Positions 16,950 through 28,528 of a DNA stretch of 64,000 bases are shown here, piece after piece. Below the pieces are notes generated by a model. It ran no database searches, had not been told where the DNA came from, and was given only the letters and a program-made list of their open reading frames with translations. The DNA comes from Oleiphilaceae bacterium (GTDB lineage Bacteria > Pseudomonadota > Gammaproteobacteria > Pseudomonadales > Oleiphilaceae), in contig JBLHVH010000001.1 of the NCBI GenBank assembly GCA_047628385.1, forward strand, positions 8,191 to 72,190. The letters are read 5' to 3'. The position numbers and the translations under genes were made by a program. The stretch's first letter is position 1, and the number at the start of each line of letters is the position of its first letter.

Positions 16950-17771
16950 TCATTGAACATCGGATGCTTTAGATTTTATACTTAACTGCAACTTATTGAT
17001 TTGTCGCTCCATACCAACCACCCGTTCATTTAACTGAAGACGACTTGCGTTAATTGAAGAAATTTCTTTTTTGCTTTCACCTAACTGCTTTGATAATGAC
17101 GCTAATTCTTTCCTTTTTACCTCTAAAGACTCACTGTGCTCTTCTCGTATAATCGTCACTTCATTAGCCAATAACAAAACTCGACCATCCAATTTATCCC
17201 ATTCACCCTGAATAACTGAAGACTGCAACGAGAGCCCATTTAATATTGTGTTTTGTTTTAATTGTGAAGATTTTGTCGCCTGCTCAAATTTTTCACGCCA
17301 CTGAATAGTAGCTTTCACATCCGTTTGAATTTGAGAGAGCCTAGTATCATTGTCTTTTATTGCTGCCTTATTGCGTTCATTAGAAACTACCCATAATTTA
17401 CGCATTTGATCATCCAAGAAAGCCAACTTAGACTGAACAGCTGAACCACTCTGCTCTAATTCAGTACCGGTAACATTGAGCTCCCCCTCAAAACGCGCCA
17501 TCAGTAGCTTACTTCGACCAATAAAGTCAGACGTGCCTTCAAGCTCTTCCTGCATAACTAACATTTTTTCTTGCTGATCTAGATACGCCCATACAAAAAC
17601 CCCACTAAGTAAAACTAAAACTAGCAAGGGAATCACGCGTGATTTTTCACGTACTGGCTTTACAACTTTTGCAGGTTGACGACCTTGTTTAACCGACGCT
17701 GACTTAGCCGGTTTTTGATTCCGACTCTTAAATTGATCTAAATCTTCTCTATCCGGGCGCAAGCTTTCCAT
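16950..17771 (-). CDS. Hypothetical membrane-anchored coiled-coil protein
   Basis: Basic N-terminus, one TM helix (VIPLLVLVLLSGVFVWAYL), then about 200 aa of coiled-coil-like sequence. Lies 61 bp upstream of the secreted hypothetical on the same strand. Confidence 0.55.
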   Translation of the reverse strand: MESLRPDREDLDQFKSRNQKPAKSASVKQGRQPAKVVKPVREKSRVIPLLVLVLLSGVFVWAYLDQQEKMLVMQEELEGTSDFIGRSKLLMARFEGELNVTGTELEQSGSAVQSKLAFLDDQMRKLWVVSNERNKAAIKDNDTRLSQIQTDVKATIQWREKFEQATKSSQLKQNTILNGLSLQSSVIQGEWDKLDGRVLLLANEVTIIREEHSESLEVKRKELASLSKQLGESKKEISSINASRLQLNERVVGMERQINKLQLSIKSKASDVQ

Positions 17772-17971
17772 TAATCTTCTCTATAATTTTGCTTTAAAAA
17801 TGAGAGTTTAACGCTAGAACAGTGTAATAGTCACCATCAAAATACAAATTGCATTTGCATGGTTTGAAGTGAATCACTATTATATGCGGTCTTTTTTTGT
17901 CCATCGCACTTTAATTCTCAGGAACGATTGTGCGCACAATGGACGTAAGCTTAGTCGATTGAGGTAACAAA

Positions 17972-18460
17972 ATGCAGCCAGTAGTGGGTATTATTATGGG
18001 TTCTAAGTCGGATTGGCCGACCATGGAGCACACCGCTAACATGCTTGATGAACTTGGCGTTCCTTACGAGGTCAAGATTGTCTCAGCTCACCGAACCCCT
18101 GATTTATTGTTTGATTACGCAAAACAAGCTGAATCACTCGGAATACAAGTAATCGTTGCCGGCGCCGGTGGTGCGGCACATCTTCCAGGTATGGCCGCGT
18201 CACAAACAAACCTCCCTGTATTTGGCGTCCCTGTTCAATCTAAAGCTTTAAATGGCCTTGACTCATTACTGTCCATCGCACAAATGCCTGGTGGCGTAGC
18301 CGTTGGCACACTTGCTATAGGCAAAGCGGGTGCAAAAAATGCAGGATTACTAGCAGCCCAAGTAATTGCATTACAGAACCCAAAGGTAAAAACAGCAGTC
18401 AGTAATTTTCGAGCCGCACAAACCAAAGCCGTTTTAGATCAACCAGACCCTAGAGATTAA
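17972..18460 (+). CDS. purE: N5-carboxyaminoimidazole ribonucleotide mutase
   Basis: 162 aa with [12 protein letters not shown]...SAHRTPD...[10 protein letters not shown] motifs. Followed directly by purK. Confidence 0.95.
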   Translation: MQPVVGIIMGSKSDWPTMEHTANMLDELGVPYEVKIVSAHRTPDLLFDYAKQAESLGIQVIVAGAGGAAHLPGMAASQTNLPVFGVPVQSKALNGLDSLLSIAQMPGGVAVGTLAIGKAGAKNAGLLAAQVIALQNPKVKTAVSNFRAAQTKAVLDQPDPRD

Positions 18461-18463
18461 CCC

Positions 18464-19624
18464 ATGAAAAAAATTGGCGTATTAGGAGCAGGACAACTTG
18501 GCAGAATGCTGGCGCTTGCAGGCTACCCATTAGAATTAGGCTTTCACTTTTACGACACCTCGGGCAACCCTAGCGTTGGACTTGGTGATATAACAATCGA
18601 TACCGAAGGGGACATAAACAACCCCTCTTTGGCAGCTTTTTTGAAAGATGTTGACGTCGTCACTTATGAATTTGAGCATCTTCCACTTGAACTAACCCAA
18701 TATATCGAAAAACAGACCGTCCTTTTTCCGCCGTCAAAATCTATCGAAGTTTGCCAAAATAGAGCAGAAGAAAAAGCACTATTTACCAAATTAGGGATCC
18801 CGACACCTAAATATCACATTGTTAACAACGCCGCAGAGCTTAAAAGTGCCGTTGAAGACCTAGGCTGCCCCATTGTCGCTAAAACAACGACAGAAGGCTA
18901 CGATGGTAAAGGTCAGTTTGTCATTCGCTCTCTAGAGCAATGTGAGGAAGCATGGAAAACAATTGGAGAATCCCCAAACGGAACAATGACGCTAATCGCC
19001 GAAGCATTCGTAGACTTTAAGCGCGAACTTTCAGTGATTGCAGCACGATCAAACAATGATGACATGGTCGTTTACCCACTAACGGAAAATAGCCACCACG
19101 AAGGAATTCTGCGCTACTCCATTGCTCCAGCTCCTTTCCTTGAGAAAGAGATTTCAGACCAAGCAATCAGCTACATTAAGGAGTTAATGCACGAATTAGG
19201 ACATGTAGGAATTTTAACGCTAGAGTTATTTGAAACAGAGAATGGTCTAGTCGCAAATGAAATGGCACCCAGAGTTCATAATTCAGGGCACTGGACTATA
19301 GAAGGCTGTGCATCGAGTCAGTTCGAGAATCATTTACGGGCTATCACCGGCCTACCACTTGGCTGTACATCAGCCTATTCACCTACGTGCATGATTAACA
19401 TTATTACCGAAAAAGGAGATATCAATAGTATTCTTGCTCTACCTTACGCACACGTCCACCTTTATGGTAAAGAAGAACGAGAAGGCAGAAAACTAGGCCA
19501 TATAACTGTTAAAGGCGACACACTCAAAGAACTAACATGGCGCGTACAAAATGTTGCTAGTTTTCTACCTGGCAACCCAGACTTTGAAGGCAGCAAAGGC
19601 GAAACCAGCACATTTGAACACTAA
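18464..19624 (+). CDS. purK: N5-carboxyaminoimidazole ribonucleotide synthase (ATP-grasp)
   Basis: GAGQLGRML N-terminus, ATP-grasp core and the ANEMAPRVHNSGHWT motif. Lies 3 nt after purE. Confidence 0.93.
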   Translation: MKKIGVLGAGQLGRMLALAGYPLELGFHFYDTSGNPSVGLGDITIDTEGDINNPSLAAFLKDVDVVTYEFEHLPLELTQYIEKQTVLFPPSKSIEVCQNRAEEKALFTKLGIPTPKYHIVNNAAELKSAVEDLGCPIVAKTTTEGYDGKGQFVIRSLEQCEEAWKTIGESPNGTMTLIAEAFVDFKRELSVIAARSNNDDMVVYPLTENSHHEGILRYSIAPAPFLEKEISDQAISYIKELMHELGHVGILTLELFETENGLVANEMAPRVHNSGHWTIEGCASSQFENHLRAITGLPLGCTSAYSPTCMINIITEKGDINSILALPYAHVHLYGKEEREGRKLGHITVKGDTLKELTWRVQNVASFLPGNPDFEGSKGETSTFEH

Positions 19625-19693
19625 GCATTTCTGATAATATAACTGCCTTGAAATTAAAGCACCTCTTCTAAAAGTAAACTTACCTAAGTGAAC

Positions 19694-20221
19694 TTAGGTT
19701 AGGTGCTCTAATTCACTTTCTTCAAACCAATCCTCATCTTCGTCCTCATATTCAAACAACTGACCTGCACCACTTGACACATCAAGAAATAAACAGCACT
19801 CCATCGTTTTATTGTTGACTTCAAAGTACCGGTCCGCCTGAGTAAACATACCTTTTAAGGAGTCTTGGGTTTTCGCATCAATACAAAATTTAGGCAAACC
19901 CATTTTAAGATCACAACCATGATCGACTAATTTATTTTTCAGCCTCCCTAAAAAACGGTTTGACAACTCTAGTACCCAATCCACCAGAAAACTGTCATCA
20001 TCACCGTGATCTTTAAATGGCATGGTTTCTTTCAGCAACTGCCTAGGAACATTTAAACACAACATGACGCTGACATTTTCTGAAGATGCATCTATATAAG
20101 CTCTAAACACATCTTCACAATCACCCTGTCGCTCGACTTTAGCGATATTGCAACCAAGACTTTCAAACTGCTTAATGCAAGTTGAATCAAACAATTCAAT
20201 AATACGCTGCTCAGTTTCCAT
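19694..20221 (-). CDS. Hypothetical acidic cytoplasmic protein
   Basis: 175 aa with a strongly acidic C-terminus (FEYEDEDEDWFEESELEHLT). No motif I can assign with confidence; it may have a CheX-like fold, but that is only an impression. Confidence 0.45.
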   Translation of the reverse strand: METEQRIIELFDSTCIKQFESLGCNIAKVERQGDCEDVFRAYIDASSENVSVMLCLNVPRQLLKETMPFKDHGDDDSFLVDWVLELSNRFLGRLKNKLVDHGCDLKMGLPKFCIDAKTQDSLKGMFTQADRYFEVNNKTMECCLFLDVSSGAGQLFEYEDEDEDWFEESELEHLT

Positions 20222-20504
20222 TACTTCCCCTTCAACTAAAAAGTTCTTATAATAATAACGACTAGACGTGAGTATAGTAGCCAGACCCCAAACCCGCTAA
20301 ATTTATCAAATAACTTTTACTTATAGCGCTCAGCACACACATAAAAAATGAAATTTTTCATCGATTTAATGAAAGTATAGCCCACTGTTTTATTGATTAT
20401 GCATTCATCTAGGTCAAGCAATATAGATTCACCAAAATATCAGTGCTATTATCATCCCATAATAAAAAAAATCACACTAACCTTTAACAGATGGAGAGCC
20501 AAAC

Positions 20505-21083
20505 ATGGCGATCGAACTACCAGCATTACCTTATGCAATTGACGCATTAGTACCACATATTTCAAAAGAAACCTTAGAATTTCACCATGGCAAACACCAT
20601 GCTACATATGTTGCAAAACTAAACGCAGCTATCCCTGGCACTGAATTTGAAGGAAAATCTTTAGAAGACATTATTAAAACAGCTAAAGGCCCTGTTTTTA
20701 ATAATGCAGCTCAGATCTGGAACCACACATTTTACTGGAACTGCTTAAGCCCAAATGGCGGCGGCGAGCCTACAGGTACACTGTCTGAAGCAATCAACAG
20801 CACTTTTGGCTCATTTGCAGAATTTCAAGCAACATTTAACGACAAAGCTGTCAACAACTTCGGCTCTAGCTGGACTTGGTTAGTTAAGAATAGCGACGGT
20901 TCTTTAGAAATTATTAATACCAGTAACGCTGGTACACCGATGACTGAAGGCCAAACAGCTATCTTAACTGTCGACCTTTGGGAACATGCTTATTACATCG
21001 ATTTCCGCAATGCTCGGCCTGCATATTTAGGCGCATTCTGGAACCTTGTTAACTGGGAATTCGCAGCAGCAAACCTAGCATAA
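20505..21083 (+). CDS. sodB: Iron superoxide dismutase
   Basis: LPALPYAIDALVPHISKETLEFHHGKHH, the Fe-type signature AAQIWNHTFYWNCL, and DLWEHAYYIDFRN. Confidence 0.95.
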   Translation: MAIELPALPYAIDALVPHISKETLEFHHGKHHATYVAKLNAAIPGTEFEGKSLEDIIKTAKGPVFNNAAQIWNHTFYWNCLSPNGGGEPTGTLSEAINSTFGSFAEFQATFNDKAVNNFGSSWTWLVKNSDGSLEIINTSNAGTPMTEGQTAILTVDLWEHAYYIDFRNARPAYLGAFWNLVNWEFAAANLA

Positions 21084-21130
21084 GTAATCATTAAGGTAGG
21101 CATTTTATAAAAAGTGCTACCCAATAAAAC

Positions 21131-21165
21131 AAAAAACCAAGGTATTTACCTTGGTTTTTTTATTT
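21131..21165. terminator. Bidirectional rho-independent terminator between sodB and gspD
   Basis: aaaaaaccaagg-tattta-ccttggtttttt stem-loop, flanked by an A-run and a T-run. Confidence 0.8.
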
Positions 21166-21238
21166 TCAATCGTAAGAAGTGACGACGCAAAATACTTTTA
21201 AGTAGAACTAAAGCACCTAAATATAGTTTACATAGATA

Positions 21239-23185
21239 TTACTTCACCTTCATACCACCATAAATACTGTCTACATCAGGCTTAATAAGTGCATTTAATT
21301 CTTCCTCATCTTCACCATTACTCTTTTTAATCGCCAAATTCAATTTCCAAAGTTCATCGAATTTTTCAACGGTAACAGCTCTGGTCGCCGCTCTGTCACG
21401 CAATATTGTTGGACGAAGAAAGACAATCAAGTTCTGTTTACTCATTCTAGAAGAGGTACTTGTAAATAAACGCCCTAACCAAGGAATATCGCCCAAGAGA
21501 GGCACCTTACTCTCACTTGTTACAACATTATCAGAAATCAAACCACCTAAAATAATAGTTTCACCATTATCAGCCAATACATTCGTCTTTATCTGTCGTT
21601 TAGTGGTCGTAATATCTGCACCAGCTGTTGAATCTTTGACGCCAGATATTTCTTGCTCAATTTCCAAACGAACCAAATTACCCTCACTAATACTAGGCGT
21701 AACTATAAGCTTCACACCAACATCCTGACGCTCAATGGTTGTAAAAGGATCCGCTGTACCAGCACCTGACGAGGTTGATTGCCCAGTAATAATTGGAACA
21801 TTCTCACCAACAATTATTGAAGACTCCTGATTATCCATTGTAATAAGCTTAGGTGTTGAAAGCACGTTCGCACTCGCATCCCCTTCCAAAGCCTGTATAA
21901 GGGCTCCCCAACTCACATTACCGCTCGTTGCACCAAAACCCGCAGTGATACCATTAGATGGAGAGCCAATCGTTGTGGCATCAAGATCACCGCCATCGCT
22001 CGCAATAAGCGCACCCAAAACATTCGCAGTACTGATACCAATCTCACTAAAATTAGTAAATATACCCGGTACAGAACCGCCTTTATCAAACATTGCCCAC
22101 TGAACACCTAAAGAATTATCATTAGCATCAGAAATTTCAACAATCGCCGCTTCAATCAATACTTGAGCTCGTCGTATATCCAATTGTTCAATCACACCGT
22201 CCAACTCTTGTATCACAGAAGGCTCAGCCCGAATCACTAAAGCATTAATCGACTCATCTGCATAAACAGTCGCTTCAGTCTTTTGATTTTTACCTTTTGC
22301 TCCTTCACTACTAATCGACCCCATCAGACCTTTCAAAAGCTCAGCAAGGCCTTCAGCATCAGCATGCTTTAAACGCACGACTTTCGTTTTCCCACCTGTT
22401 GAGGAAGGTTGATCCAGCTTAGTAATCAATCCTCTCATCTTTTCTCTAAAAGGCTCGTCACCACGAAGTATTAAACGATTACTACGCTGATCCGCCACCA
22501 CACTAAACTTTTTAGCACTACCTTTACCGCTACTCTTTCCAAGCTCTGCAGGCGCCAGTTCCTCTAGCAACTTGACCATATCGCCAACCCACGCTTCTTG
22601 AAGTTGCACAACTTCCAACTCATATTTTGAAGGGCTATCCAATTCATCAATTATTTTACTTATACGTCTTATGTTTGCTAAATGATCACTAATAATTAAG
22701 GCATTCGCAGCAGCAACACCCGCAAGATGACCATATTTCGCAACCATAGGGCGAAGAATAGGCACTAACTCCAATGCACGAGCATTATTTACTTGAATAA
22801 CACGCGTTACGATCTGCTCAGAAGGTACTTTTCGTAGGAAGCGGTCATTTTGAGCAGATTGTTTTGCATCATTTTGTCGGACAATTTTAATGACATCTGT
22901 ACCGGGTATCGCAGCAAAACCATGCACACCTAAAACAGCCAAAAACATCTCATATACTGCAGCTTTATTAAGCGATGAGTTAGAAACAACCGTAACTTTA
23001 CCTTTTATACGCGGATCAATTACAAAACTATAACCTGTAATATCGGCAATTTGAGTCACAAACGCACGAATATCAGCATCTTTTAAATTTACTTTCCAGG
23101 TCTGCTCTTCAGCTTGAGCCACCATAGATAATGACAAAACAATACTTGCAAGCGCATGCATTAAATAGCGTATTAAAGACTTCAT
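21239..23185 (-). CDS. gspD: Type II secretion system secretin
   Basis: 648 aa with a signal peptide, N-domains and a secretin C-domain (VPLLGDIPWLGRLF...LIVFLRPTIL). Confidence 0.92.
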   Translation of the reverse strand: MKSLIRYLMHALASIVLSLSMVAQAEEQTWKVNLKDADIRAFVTQIADITGYSFVIDPRIKGKVTVVSNSSLNKAAVYEMFLAVLGVHGFAAIPGTDVIKIVRQNDAKQSAQNDRFLRKVPSEQIVTRVIQVNNARALELVPILRPMVAKYGHLAGVAAANALIISDHLANIRRISKIIDELDSPSKYELEVVQLQEAWVGDMVKLLEELAPAELGKSSGKGSAKKFSVVADQRSNRLILRGDEPFREKMRGLITKLDQPSSTGGKTKVVRLKHADAEGLAELLKGLMGSISSEGAKGKNQKTEATVYADESINALVIRAEPSVIQELDGVIEQLDIRRAQVLIEAAIVEISDANDNSLGVQWAMFDKGGSVPGIFTNFSEIGISTANVLGALIASDGGDLDATTIGSPSNGITAGFGATSGNVSWGALIQALEGDASANVLSTPKLITMDNQESSIIVGENVPIITGQSTSSGAGTADPFTTIERQDVGVKLIVTPSISEGNLVRLEIEQEISGVKDSTAGADITTTKRQIKTNVLADNGETIILGGLISDNVVTSESKVPLLGDIPWLGRLFTSTSSRMSKQNLIVFLRPTILRDRAATRAVTVEKFDELWKLNLAIKKSNGEDEEELNALIKPDVDSIYGGMKVK

Positions 23186-23225
23186 ACTGTATCGTTTCTC
23201 TTTTCAAGTAATTAAATATTATGAG

Positions 23226-24080
23226 TTATCTTAAAGGATAATTAATAAAAAAACTGGCACCATCTCGCACAACTTCAACTTCTAAGCTGCCCTGCTCATA
23301 CAATCCCTTCATTAGGTTTTTATCTTTCTTTATATCACCTAATAGGTTTCCATTTACAGAGCGAATCACATCACCTTTCTGCAAATTCAAACCTGATAGC
23401 ATTGGGTTACCACCTTGATAAACATAACCTCCCGCACCTGGCAACAAACCAACGGACGTCAATGCTTTTTCAGGGTTGAGCGCTATTTGATTTGTCGCTT
23501 CTTCCATAAATTGTTCAGGTGATTTTATACGTTCAGTACGCCCTCTAGCTTTTTTGGGAACAGGCTTGGGCGCTTTTGCAATAATATTCTGCCCTTTGGC
23601 CACTTTATCATCAAAAGACAAAGTCTCCAGCTTACCATTACGACGCAAAAGTATCCGATCACTATATACCTCCTCTAAAACAGCATTCCCCGGCAAAGTA
23701 TCACCTAAGCCGTAATAGTCTGAAGTTTTACCAATCTCTTCAACTATAGCACCAGATGCGCCACCTTGCTTAGCAGTAAAAACGCCCTTAAGGATTAACC
23801 TTAGTCTTGTTTTTGGGGCCTCTGTCGGCTTATCTACTTTTTGAACAGCCAACACGCCGGCCTTACCAAACAAGTGAAACTGAGCCAACTTGCCCGAATG
23901 CCCAACCGTTTTCTTTTGTGCAATGGAGGAAACCTGAGCAAACACCATTGGCTCATCTGCAGAAGTCGCCACCGAGAACCAAGTAAATTGAGCACATAAA
24001 TAAGCAGCATAAACTACCAAGCAGGCAAGTAAGCATGATTGAAGTTTAGTGATTACTTTTTGCTCTACTTTGAATTCCAA
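23226..24080 (-). CDS. gspC: Type II secretion system protein C
   Basis: N-terminal TM anchor, HR-like region and a C-terminal PDZ-like segment (GLNLQKGDVIRSVNGNLLGD). Lies immediately upstream of gspD. Confidence 0.8.
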   Translation of the reverse strand: MEFKVEQKVITKLQSCLLACLVVYAAYLCAQFTWFSVATSADEPMVFAQVSSIAQKKTVGHSGKLAQFHLFGKAGVLAVQKVDKPTEAPKTRLRLILKGVFTAKQGGASGAIVEEIGKTSDYYGLGDTLPGNAVLEEVYSDRILLRRNGKLETLSFDDKVAKGQNIIAKAPKPVPKKARGRTERIKSPEQFMEEATNQIALNPEKALTSVGLLPGAGGYVYQGGNPMLSGLNLQKGDVIRSVNGNLLGDIKKDKNLMKGLYEQGSLEVEVVRDGASFFINYPLR

Positions 24081-24115
24081 ACCAATACCTTCTTTATAAA
24101 TAAAGTGATCTTTAT

Positions 24116-24874
24116 TTAATTATAAATATTCTTCTTGACCTTAAATACTATATCTTTTTCTTGAGAATTCTGCGGCCAAGCCTCATCTGACAAATCTAAT
24201 AATCTACGCTTAACCGTTAGCATAGCAGAACCGTCAGGGTCCAATAAGCCTTCAATTGCGTCAAACGAAGCATCTGCATCGCGCACCCCAAAGAAAATAT
24301 CCCCATTAGACTTCGTCTCTAGCCTACCTTTAAACATTGGAAGTGTGCGTTCATGTAACTGCCTTCCTGCAGGGTAAGCAATATCCCCCCCACTCCATGA
24401 CAACAAACCACTGGCCGATTTAAGTTGATTATCAACTACCTCAACCTGTACACCCTTTGCCACTAGCTGACCACTTAACCTCACCCGCTGCCGCTTAAAT
24501 AAGGGCGTCAAATACGACAAATCGATATCCGCCGAGGTAATGTCAATGTATATAGAACTCAAACCAATACTAGCGTTCATATTGACCATTCCAGCCTGAC
24601 TCTTAATTTGCAAATCGATAGGCAGCTCTAGCCCCAACAAACCTAAAAAGGAAATATTCCAATCTACTATTGACTCTATATTTTGATACTGAACCAGCGC
24701 TTGACCATCCCAAATAGTGCCGTTAAGAGATAGTACTTTGACAGGGATGTTGCTCTCTTTTAGCTGAGGTGCCAGCCCTTTATGCCAAACAATATCTGCT
24801 GGCAAAGATGACAGCAAAAACAGTATCAGGCTTAACAAAAACAGGCTTAAATATAATACAGTTTTTTTTATCAC
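24116..24874 (-). CDS. gspN: Type II secretion system protein N
   Basis: 252 aa with a single N-terminal TM helix (VLYLSLFLLSLILFLLSSLPA). Size and composition fit GspN. GTG start. Lies immediately upstream of gspC. Confidence 0.65.
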   Translation of the reverse strand: MIKKTVLYLSLFLLSLILFLLSSLPADIVWHKGLAPQLKESNIPVKVLSLNGTIWDGQALVQYQNIESIVDWNISFLGLLGLELPIDLQIKSQAGMVNMNASIGLSSIYIDITSADIDLSYLTPLFKRQRVRLSGQLVAKGVQVEVVDNQLKSASGLLSWSGGDIAYPAGRQLHERTLPMFKGRLETKSNGDIFFGVRDADASFDAIEGLLDPDGSAMLTVKRRLLDLSDEAWPQNSQEKDIVFKVKKNIYN

Positions 24875-25102
24875 TATTTAGTCACGCTTTAAAATCAGAA
24901 CCATAGCATTACTATGTTCGAAAACACAAAAATCACCGAAAATAAACAACGATATTTGCCCAGTTAAAAAATCCGTTCAATTACAGACTATTTAACACCT
25001 TAAATCTACCTTTATTAACGCTTTTTCATACCAACACACGAGTACTTATTAGAACCTTGCACTAGAACACAACCCCAACGCTAATACAGAAAAATATACA
25101 GA

Positions 25103-25131
25103 CAAAAAAAACCCCGGCGTTCACCAGGGTT
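25103..25131 (-). terminator. groEL rho-independent terminator
   Basis: The minus strand reads ccctgg-tgaacg-ccgggg followed by tttttttt, about 25 nt after the groEL stop codon. Confidence 0.8.
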
Positions 25132-25156
25132 TAAATTTTTCAGTGTTGGGAAAAAA

Positions 25157-26815
<1,659 letters not shown>

Positions 26816-26892
26816 CTACTTTATACTTAATATATTTAATTCGTGAATATCACCGCTTTACGATGACATTTAGCTTAATTTGATAGAACAGC

Positions 26893-27183
26893 TTATTTTT
26901 CAATAATGCCGTAAAGCTCACTCTCACTCATAATCAACAACTCTTCGCCATCAATCTTTACAGTGTTACCCGAGTACTGACCAAAGACTACGATATCGCC
27001 AATTTTTACAGCTAATGCTTGTACATCACCATTGTCTAGCGCCTTACCAGCACCCACAGCCAAAACTTCACCCTGCGAAGGTTTTTCAGCAGCACTACCG
27101 GGTAATACAATACCACCGGCACTTGTAGTTTCTTCTTCATTACGGCGTACAACAACACGGTCGTGTAACGGACGAATATTCAT
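26893..27183 (-). CDS. groES: Co-chaperonin GroES
   Basis: 96 aa. [14 protein letters not shown]...[13 protein letters not shown]. Confidence 0.98.
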   Translation of the reverse strand: MNIRPLHDRVVVRRNEEETTSAGGIVLPGSAAEKPSQGEVLAVGAGKALDNGDVQALAVKIGDIVVFGQYSGNTVKIDGEELLIMSESELYGIIEK

Positions 27184-27312
27184 CTCAACGATTCTCCTGA
27201 TAGTTTTTTATTCAAGGCTGAGCCTGCTCTAAAAACAGAACAGACGATAATTTAGATAACAAAAACAATAATTTAAACTTCAAATCGTTTTTGTATTTTT
27301 CAATTGCTACTA

Positions 27313-27341
27313 TAAATGGGGCCAATAAGACTCTTTTCAAG
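27313..27341 (-). promoter_or_regulatory. Sigma32 (heat-shock) promoter of groES-groEL
   Basis: The minus strand reads CTTGAAA-13 nt-CCCCATTTA. This matches the RpoH consensus CTTGAA-N13-17-CCCCATnT. Confidence 0.8.
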
Positions 27342-27372
27342 CATACAGGCCAAAAAATCTCTACAAATAGAA

Positions 27373-27882
27373 TTATTTTTCTTTCGTCTCATCAATTTCC
27401 TGAAAGTCGCCATCCACGATGTCTACATCACCCTTTGTCACAAACCCCTTAGGTTCATCAAAAGTGTTAGAGCTCGCGTTATATTTTGTTTCTGAGTGAA
27501 AAGCCCCGGGCGTCGAATTGACCTGTAATTTTCTCACCATCGAACTCAACCACTTAGTTGCTAAATAACGCCTAACACCAGGTGTCAGCAACAAAAACCC
27601 TATGCCGTCCGTCACAAAACCAGGCGTCAACAATAACGCACCTGCAACAGCCAACATAAGCCCCTCACCCATTTCTTCAACAGGCATTTGCCCTGCTTGC
27701 ATTTTCTCGTTAGCGCGCAAAAAAGCACTTAAGCCTTGACGCCTCAATAAGGAAACGCCAATAACAGCAGTCATTAAAACAAGGGCTACGGTATAAAATG
27801 TCCCGATAAAAGAGCCAACTTTCAGTAACACTAACATTTCAACAATGGGTATCACTAAAAAACATAAAAAAATAAATCGCAT
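27373..27882 (-). CDS. fxsA: FxsA family membrane protein
   Basis: MRFIFLCFLVIPIVEMLVLLKVGSFIG... is the typical FxsA N-terminus. Adjacent to groES, as in many gammaproteobacteria. Confidence 0.85.
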   Translation of the reverse strand: MRFIFLCFLVIPIVEMLVLLKVGSFIGTFYTVALVLMTAVIGVSLLRRQGLSAFLRANEKMQAGQMPVEEMGEGLMLAVAGALLLTPGFVTDGIGFLLLTPGVRRYLATKWLSSMVRKLQVNSTPGAFHSETKYNASSNTFDEPKGFVTKGDVDIVDGDFQEIDETKEK

Positions 27883-28040
27883 CGCATTGACCTAAGTTAA
27901 ACAATCACATACTTTCAAATAAGAACGTATAAAACCAATATTATATTAAGTGCGGCCATGTAATGAAATTACAAGATGAGCGCATACTAAAACAGCCATT
28001 CCAGACATCGATTTTTTACATCAACATATTGACAATAACT

Positions 28041-28355
28041 ATGGCGACTAATAACGACTCTGAACAAGCCATCATGCAAACGCTTGCTAGCATACCTTAC
28101 GGCAAGGTATGCACTTATGGTGGTATTGCCAAACTTTCTGGTAACTTCGGCAAAGCTCGATATATTGGACATATACTTAAAAATTTACCCAGTAACACCA
28201 CCATCCCTTGGCACAGAGTGATCAATAGCCAAGGCAGAATATCATTTCCGACGCATAGTCAACGCTACCAACAGCAAAAAGAACGTCTAGAATTGGAAAG
28301 TATTCGCTTAGTTAATAATAAAATTAATTTAAAACAACATCTTTGGATGGGTTAA
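28041..28355 (+). CDS. Alkyltransferase-like (ATL/YbaZ) DNA-binding protein, MGMT family without the catalytic cysteine
   Basis: IPYGKVCTYGGIAKLSG...IPWHRVIN. The PCHR active site is replaced by PWHR, as in ATL proteins. The likely start is the ATG at 28041; the ORF track gives 27963. Confidence 0.8.
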   Translation: MATNNDSEQAIMQTLASIPYGKVCTYGGIAKLSGNFGKARYIGHILKNLPSNTTIPWHRVINSQGRISFPTHSQRYQQQKERLELESIRLVNNKINLKQHLWMG

Positions 28356-28528
28356 ATGCACCGAACCTACTTAATAAGAGTAATTCTCGGCAAATTCACT
28401 AAACATAGTCTAAATTTAGAGTGTTAAATTCTTTTTATGCAGTCAAATCATACAGATTTAGTTAAAGGTAGTTTCCATGAAGGTCGCCTTTTTAATACAC
28501 CCATTGAGAAAGCGATATTACGACACAC

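Noticed and set aside
20440-20470. A half Fur-box-like ATTATCA in the sodB upstream region.
   Set aside because: Only one half-site is present, with no dyad partner. Fe-SOD genes are normally regulated indirectly through an sRNA rather than by direct Fur repression.
23249-23263. A sigma54-like TGGCAC-N5-CGCA element on the plus strand.
   Set aside because: The GG-to-GC spacing is one nt short of the consensus. It lies inside the gspC coding region and has no downstream plus-strand gene.
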